Shown: piece by piece, positions 6,716 to 11,648 of the stretch
Numbering within the stretch: the stretch's first letter is position 1
How the letters are laid out: the number at the start of each line of letters is the position of its first letter
The notes under the pieces: generated by a model
The model's input: the letters and a program-made list of their open reading frames with translations, nothing else
Database searches by the model: none
Told to the model about the DNA's origin: nothing
Translations under genes and position numbers: made by a program
From: Octopus sinensis
Taxonomy: Eukaryota
Direction of reading: 5' to 3'
Length of the DNA: 11,648 bases
Assembly: GCF_006345805.1 (NCBI RefSeq)
Contig: NW_021826858.1
Location: forward strand, 1-11,648

Positions 6716-6879
6716 CGACTTACTTTTCAGTTTCCGTCTGCTAAATCTATTCACAAGGCTTTGGTGGGGGACCTGAGATTATAGTAGCAGACGCCTGCCC
6801 AAGGTGCCACGCAGTGGGACTGAACCCGGAACCATGTGGCTGGAAAACAAACTTCCTACCACACCAGCCAGCCTATGTG
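6715..6879 (-). mobile_element. SINE type A, 5' half
   Basis: Reverse complement matches 5502-5666: head, B-box (GGGACTGAACCC on +), CORE-like segment and ...GACGGAAACTGAAAAG. Confidence 0.88.
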
Positions 6880-6914
6880 AATGATGGTTAATAAAAAGAA
6901 AGGCACCAATCCCA

Positions 6915-6990
6915 GCTGTAAGAAAACCGGACGAGATACCTTGCGGTGCTTCTTCCTATTATCTTCGCCTTAAGTTCAAATCCCTCCACA
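6915..6990 (+). mobile_element. Degenerate type B SINE head
   Basis: CCGGACGAGATACCTTGCGGT...GTTCAAATCCC resembles CCGGGCGAAATGCTTA...GTTCAAATTCC of 2724-2810. Confidence 0.45.
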
Positions 6991-7410
6991 GCCTATTGGA
7001 GCGGGGCGGGATGAGCAGTTAGACTTAATCCCACACCTCCAGGTATTTTCGATAGAGACCCTAATTTAGGGGACCCCACACGGGTGCAAGTATTCAGATA
7101 CAGGTCTGAGATTCAAGCAAAACCTCCTCCTTTCCTTTTGTACCCACCCTTCCTTCCTTCTTTTCTTCCTCGTACCAGGTTCTGAGACCCTCTCTAGGAT
7201 CATTTGCAGTGGGCCCTTCCTCCCTGATTTAAACATAAAGAAATACGAAGTTAAACAGATCAAGACCCATTGCCTTATCTCAGCGTTTATTGAAACACAA
7301 ACTTAGATTAACGATTATAAACGATTATCTAATTACTCTTATAAAGTTCCGGAAAATTCTTCACTGGTGAATTTCCCAGAAATAAGAGGTAGGCTGCAAT
7401 ACGGTAGGTA

Positions 7411-7496
7411 TTCTAGGTTCGAGTCTCGACTCAATCAATTTTGCATTTTTTTTTATCTTTTCGTGCTCCTTGATAAAGTATCAGTCTTGTTCTGGC
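7411..7496 (+). mobile_element. Degenerate type B-like SINE central domain
   Basis: GGTTCGAGTC...TCAATTTTGCATTT...ATCTTTTCG...GATAAAGTATCAGT resembles GTTCAAATTCC...TCGACTTTGCCTTTCATCCTTTCG...GATAAAATTAAGTACCAGT. Confidence 0.45.
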
Positions 7497-7497
7497 A

Positions 7498-7539
7498 TCT
7501 CTCTCTCTCTCTTTCTCTCTCTCTCACTCACTCTCTCTC

Positions 7540-7582
<43 letters not shown>

Positions 7583-7765
7583 ATCTATCTGTCTTTTTCC
7601 CTCTCTATCTCTCTTTCTCCCTCTCGATTTCGCGCTCTCTCTCTTCTCTCCCGCTCCCTCTTTCTCTCTCTCTCTCACTCTACTATATATCTATCTCTGT
7701 CTCTCTCCCTCCCTCTCGATTTCTCTCTCTCTTCTCTCCCTCTCCTTCTCTCTCTCTCCCCTCTG

Positions 7766-7818
<53 letters not shown>

Positions 7819-7837
7819 ATATATACATATATATATA
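7498..7837. repeat. Compound (CT)n/(ATCT)n/(TA)n low-complexity tract
   Basis: Polypyrimidine CT runs with an internal duplication (CCCTCTCGATTT twice), followed by ATCT tetramers. Confidence 0.95.
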
Positions 7838-7951
<114 letters not shown>

Positions 7952-8478
7952 AAATTCCATTTCACTTCTCAGAGCTCTTGATTTCACTTGCTCCTCCAGA
8001 TATTTCTGTAAGAGCGGTCAACAACTAGTTGTCAAGGGTCTCACAGTGTCTCTTTCCACGATACTCAACACCCAAGTGCCACTCTCAAAAACCCTTGCTC
8101 TCCCCCAATAAAGCATTTTTCTGAGCATGTTCTATCCTCATGTCAATCCCCGATTTCTCCAACAAATTTCCCAGATCTGGTTGTTGATGCTCCCTGTGCC
8201 CCTACAACTACCGCGATGACAGTTCCGTTCTTCTTTGTCTACATTTGTGTTATCTCATCTTTTAGGGGTTTCTACTTCTCAATATTTTCTAGTTCTTTGT
8301 CATCCATTCGTACATCTCCAGTCTTGGCAATGTCTATGATCTTGGTTTCCTTCATCACCATTCGTCGATTACAATGTCCGGTCTCCGAGCATCAATCACT
8401 GAATCAAACTGGATTGTAAAATCGCATAAGATCTTATACTCGTTATTCTTGATGATGCCTTCTGGGTCATGGTCATCT
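7952..8478 (-). pseudogene. R4/Dong-like non-LTR retrotransposon 3' fragment: restriction-like endonuclease (RLE) domain, stop and 3' UTR
   Basis: Minus translation DHDPEGIIKNNEYKILCDFTIQFDSVIDARRPDIVID / KETKIIDIAKTGDVRMDDKELENIEK*KPLKDEITQM* ... IEHAQKNALLG / ARVLRVALGC* matches the PD-(D/E)xK RLE pattern (KILWDFxIQ; RPDIV; IIDIAxPxD; EKxEKY). Frameshifts and stops present; terminal TGA at 8065-8067. Confidence 0.9.
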
Positions 8479-8496
8479 CTTAAATATAGAACTGTA

Positions 8497-8652
<156 letters not shown>

Positions 8653-8831
8653 ATCGAAAAATACCTAAAGAATGAGAACCCTGGTTCGAAATTTCCCCAA
8701 GACACCTGATGAAGGCTGGAGGGTAAAAAAAATGTTATGTTAACAACAAACAAGATGAGGACAAATAACCGTCACTTGTAAATAATGTAAATAATGTACA
8801 TAATTCCTCATCCCTTAAATATAGAGCTGTA
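8653..8831 (+). mobile_element. Short hammerhead-bearing (Penelope-like/retrozyme-like) element with broken ribozyme
   Basis: Perfect CTGATGA core (8706-8712) followed by A-GGCTG, then A9-TGTT-ATGT resembling an eroded GAAACGTT-GTGT. Stem I partners ACAC (8702-8705) and ATGT (8738-8741). Its last 24 nt recur at 8473-8496. Confidence 0.6.
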
Positions 8832-9625
8832 AGATCCAAATGTTATTAGACTTGCTAACCCATGACTTACTAAAATCCCAGAATGGGGACCATGTCATAA
8901 GACTTCTTATAATCAATCCACACCATATCCAGATTAATATGTCTTTTTCTTGCAGCACCATTCTGTCTGACAGAAAGTTCCTCTTTTGCCCTTCGGCTTT
9001 TCCCCTTGCACCCCTCCTCTTTCGCTAGCAGCTTCTCATTAATATCAAGGAAGTCATATACACATTTAGACATTATTCCTATCATTAACTTCTACATCAA
9101 GGGTAGGCAAGTGATTCGCCGTTTATTATTCACTGAATTAATTTTACCAGGGTTCTTTTTTCAAAGAACTGCTTCCCTTGCGGTCATCCACTTCGGGACT
9201 CCCACTCCGTTGTTGATCATTTCATTCATTATTGCAGCTATTCTCTCGCGTAATGATTGGGATTTTTTCAGCTGTTACCCTTGTACCATATCAGGGCCTC
9301 GACATTTCCAGTTTGGAACTTTTGTTATCTGCTCGGTCGCCATTTCAATTGTTATTCTTATACTGTTGTTTCACATCATATTTCTCCATACTTCGTTTCT
9401 TCAACCATTCAGCATTTTCATTATGCCTTCTTCCATTTCCCCAAATGTTACTTCAAAACTCCCTACTTACTCCATTATGGAGTTCGTCATTACTGTTAAC
9501 CTTTCCGTTGGTAACCCTTTTCTGGTCTTGTTGGAACAATCCATTGACCTTATATTGTTCGTTTCTTTGATCGTATCCCTTAATTCTTGTAGCATCAGCC
9601 TGCAGTCTTTGATTCTGCTCTTCAA
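8832..9625 (-). pseudogene. R4/Dong-like non-LTR retrotransposon fragment: pre-RT region and N-terminal RT motifs
   Basis: Minus translation pieces: EEQNQRLQADATRIKGYDQRNEQYKVNGLFQQDQKR; VPNWKCRGPDMVQG* (NWKAPGPD motif); NNKRRITCLPLM*KL (YRPITCL motif); EEGCKGKSRR; HINLDMVWIDYKKSYDMVP (IDYKKAYDxVP). Multiple stops and frameshifts. Confidence 0.92.
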
Positions 9626-9852
9626 GAAGAAAAGAAAGGAAAAAAAAAGACACCTGCCCCAAAAGTCATGGTACCCATAGTTTGCGTGGGGTTTTTCCAT
9701 GAGCAGCACTCGAATGTCCCCTCCCTATTGAGGATTACACATTGTTGATCTTTTTTTTAATTTTATTAAACCCTCACAATTACACATACATTTTTTTTTG
9801 TCCTGTGCAGTCCATAATGTTTTTTTAATGTAAAACCTTGTGGTTAAAATAA

Positions 9853-9868
9853 ATCATCATCATCATCA

Positions 9869-9930
<62 letters not shown>
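9853..9930. repeat. (ATC)n(ATT)n repeat
   Basis: Visible runs; further (ATT)n at 10018-10063. Confidence 0.95.
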
Positions 9931-10016
9931 TACTTTTAATCTTCATGCTTGTTACAATCACTTGCCGAGCCACACCCATCTTCATGTAATACAGCACGGA
10001 CATTTAAATTGATAAG

Positions 10017-10063
<47 letters not shown>

Positions 10064-10315
10064 GAGTGAGAGAGCAATGCATGCCATCAAAGTGACACTG
10101 GGGTAAAATATGTCAAAGTGACACTGGGGTAAAATATGTCGAAGTGACACTGGGGTAAAGTATGACAACCCGTCTGATAAAGGTACACCATGCACATGCA
10201 ACGCAACCATATGTGCGCGACATGGTGATCTCATATCAAGATAAATAGCGCATGACCTTGCAGGTGGGACCCAGTTAGAATTTTCTTCTGGTCAAGTAGC
10301 CCATCCCGCTCAAAA
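10064..10315 (-). mobile_element. Probable non-autonomous retroelement 3' portion embedded in (AAT)n
   Basis: About 250 bp of complex sequence bounded on both sides by (ATT)n, which reads (AAT)n on minus as expected for a (TAA)n-targeting R4/Dong-dependent insert. No Pol III head is visible and the orientation is inferred. Confidence 0.5.
10087..10164 (+). repeat. 3 x 26-bp tandem repeat TCAAAGTGACACTGGGGTAAAATATG
   Basis: Units at 10087-10112 and 10113-10138 are identical; 10139-10164 has 2 substitutions. Confidence 0.95.
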
Positions 10316-10319
10316 CATA

Positions 10320-10320
<1 letters not shown>

Positions 10321-10375
<55 letters not shown>

Positions 10376-10423
10376 TATTATTATTATTGTTGTTGTTGTT
10401 GTGTTTTGTTGTTGTTGTTGTTG

Positions 10424-10486
<63 letters not shown>
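10321..10486. repeat. (ATT)n(GTT)n(ATT)n compound repeat
   Basis: Visible runs. Confidence 0.95.
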
Positions 10487-10487
<1 letters not shown>

Positions 10488-10698
10488 AGCGGTGAGCTGG
10501 CAGAATCGTTAGCACGTCAGGCAAAATGCTTAGCGGCATTTCGTCTGTCTTTATGTTCAGAGTTCAAATTCCGTCGAGGTCGACTTTGCCTTTCATCCTT
10601 TCGGGATCGATAAATTAAGTACCAGTTGCCTACTTGGGTCGATCTAATCGACTGACTCCCTCCCACAAAATTCAGGCCATGTGCTTATAGTAGAAAGG
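10487..10698 (+). mobile_element. SINE type B with alternative 3' tail, followed by (GTT/ATT)n to ~10760
   Basis: Aligns with 2724-2889 up to AATCGACT (10653), then has a different tail ending TAGTAGAAAGG + ATT/GTT repeats. Confidence 0.9.
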
Positions 10699-11179
10699 AT
10701 TGTTGTTGTTGTTGTTGTTGTTGTTCTTATTATTATCATCATCATTATTGTTGTTGATGTTGTTGGTCTTAATGTTACCATCTATCTATTTATTTTTAAT
10801 TTTAAAATAACCTGTAACACATAGTTACACGTGTTCCGTTTAGTCAAATTCAGTGTTACTTTCAGAATCTTTCTACAATGAAAAACAAGCTTATAAATCC
10901 CTATACTAAAAGGTGTGACTAATTTCCTCCTTCCCTTTATCTATACACGGCGCGCCTAACGAACGAAAGCCTTTTTTTTTCTTTTCTTTTTTTTACAAAA
11001 TACACGCCCCTGTTCAACCGAATGGATTCTAATGATGTGAATGATGTTGGAAAGTAGCGTAGCAGAAGCAGTGCAGGATTCTGAGTTAATATTGTATTTT
11101 CCCAAGAACTGTACGCATACATTTGAACAATTCTTATCTTTGTCACACACGTTAAGTACTCTTACTTAACAGGGCTGAG

Positions 11180-11230
11180 TGTGTATACATACATAGACAC
11201 ACACAACAAATACATGCATACATATGTATG

Positions 11231-11284
<54 letters not shown>

Positions 11285-11372
11285 CATATATATATATATG
11301 AATGTGTAATATATATATATATATACACATATATATATGTATGTATATACATGCATATATATATATATACAG

Positions 11373-11412
<40 letters not shown>

Positions 11413-11440
11413 TATATATATATACATGTATATATACACG
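11180..11440. repeat. Long interrupted (TA)n/(CA)n microsatellite
   Basis: Visible; source of the poly-YI ORFs. Confidence 0.95.
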
Positions 11441-11502
11441 CATCCCACCCACAAGAGTCTTATTAAGTAACTCTCACATTTTATAGGACTGTGTTTACGG
11501 CG

Positions 11503-11648
11503 AATGTCTGTGCGTGCATGCGTGCGTGTGTGTGTGTATATATACAGACACACACACACGAACAATCATATTAAGTACACTTACTAAATAGGTGTTTTTA
11601 CATACATGCCTATTCATATATAAATGTCTGTGCGTGCATGCGTGCGTG
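11503..11648 (+). repeat. Identical 26-bp direct repeats, 120 bp apart
   Basis: AATGTCTGTGCGTGCATGCGTGCGTG at 11503-11528 and 11623-11648; the second copy runs to the window edge. Confidence 0.85.

Noticed and set aside
6152-6776. Long ORFs (164-202 aa) of poly-CV / poly-HT
   Set aside because: Translations of the TG microsatellite, which lacks stop codons in several frames; no coding signal.
7059-7071. CCCTAA-T-TTAGGG, head-to-head telomere-like hexamers
   Set aside because: Only one unit per side; expected by chance in AT-rich DNA.
9006-9680. 224-aa + strand ORF and overlapping shorter ORFs
   Set aside because: Antisense to the decayed LINE RT; the recognisable homology is on the minus strand.
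10087-10164. Regularly spaced repeats as a CRISPR-like array
   Set aside because: Units are contiguous with no spacers, and the context is eukaryotic.
10240-10315. Possible HDV-like ribozyme on the minus strand of the 10064-10315 element
   Set aside because: Could not build consistent P1/P3/P1.1/P2 pairings by hand.

Overview
AT-rich, repeat-saturated, non-coding eukaryotic DNA (intronic or intergenic). The SINE families and their association with microsatellites resemble octopus (coleoid cephalopod) repeats; this is recognition-based inference, not a database result. I found no intact protein-coding gene, and nearly all ORF-track entries are microsatellite or SINE read-throughs. The only real protein homologies are decayed: the N-terminus of a mariner transposase (4058-4345, minus) and two fragments of an R4/Dong-like RLE-type LINE (RT part 8832-9625, endonuclease part 7952-8478, both minus). 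At least four tRNA-derived SINE types are present, labelled A-D here for convenience, and several are nested in each other. The most notable structures are: (i) a ~200-bp-arm, near-perfect hairpin with a 4-nt loop (1472-1905); (ii) two, possibly three, different short microsatellite-anchored elements carrying degenerate Penelope-type minimal hammerhead motifs (3222-3257, 8702-8741, weaker 117-161); one sits in the internal TA tract of a SINE and another sits where the middle of the LINE is missing; (iii) a convergent fusion of two SINE 5' halves across a 500-bp TG tract; (iv) an (ATT)n tract that has received three separate insertions.
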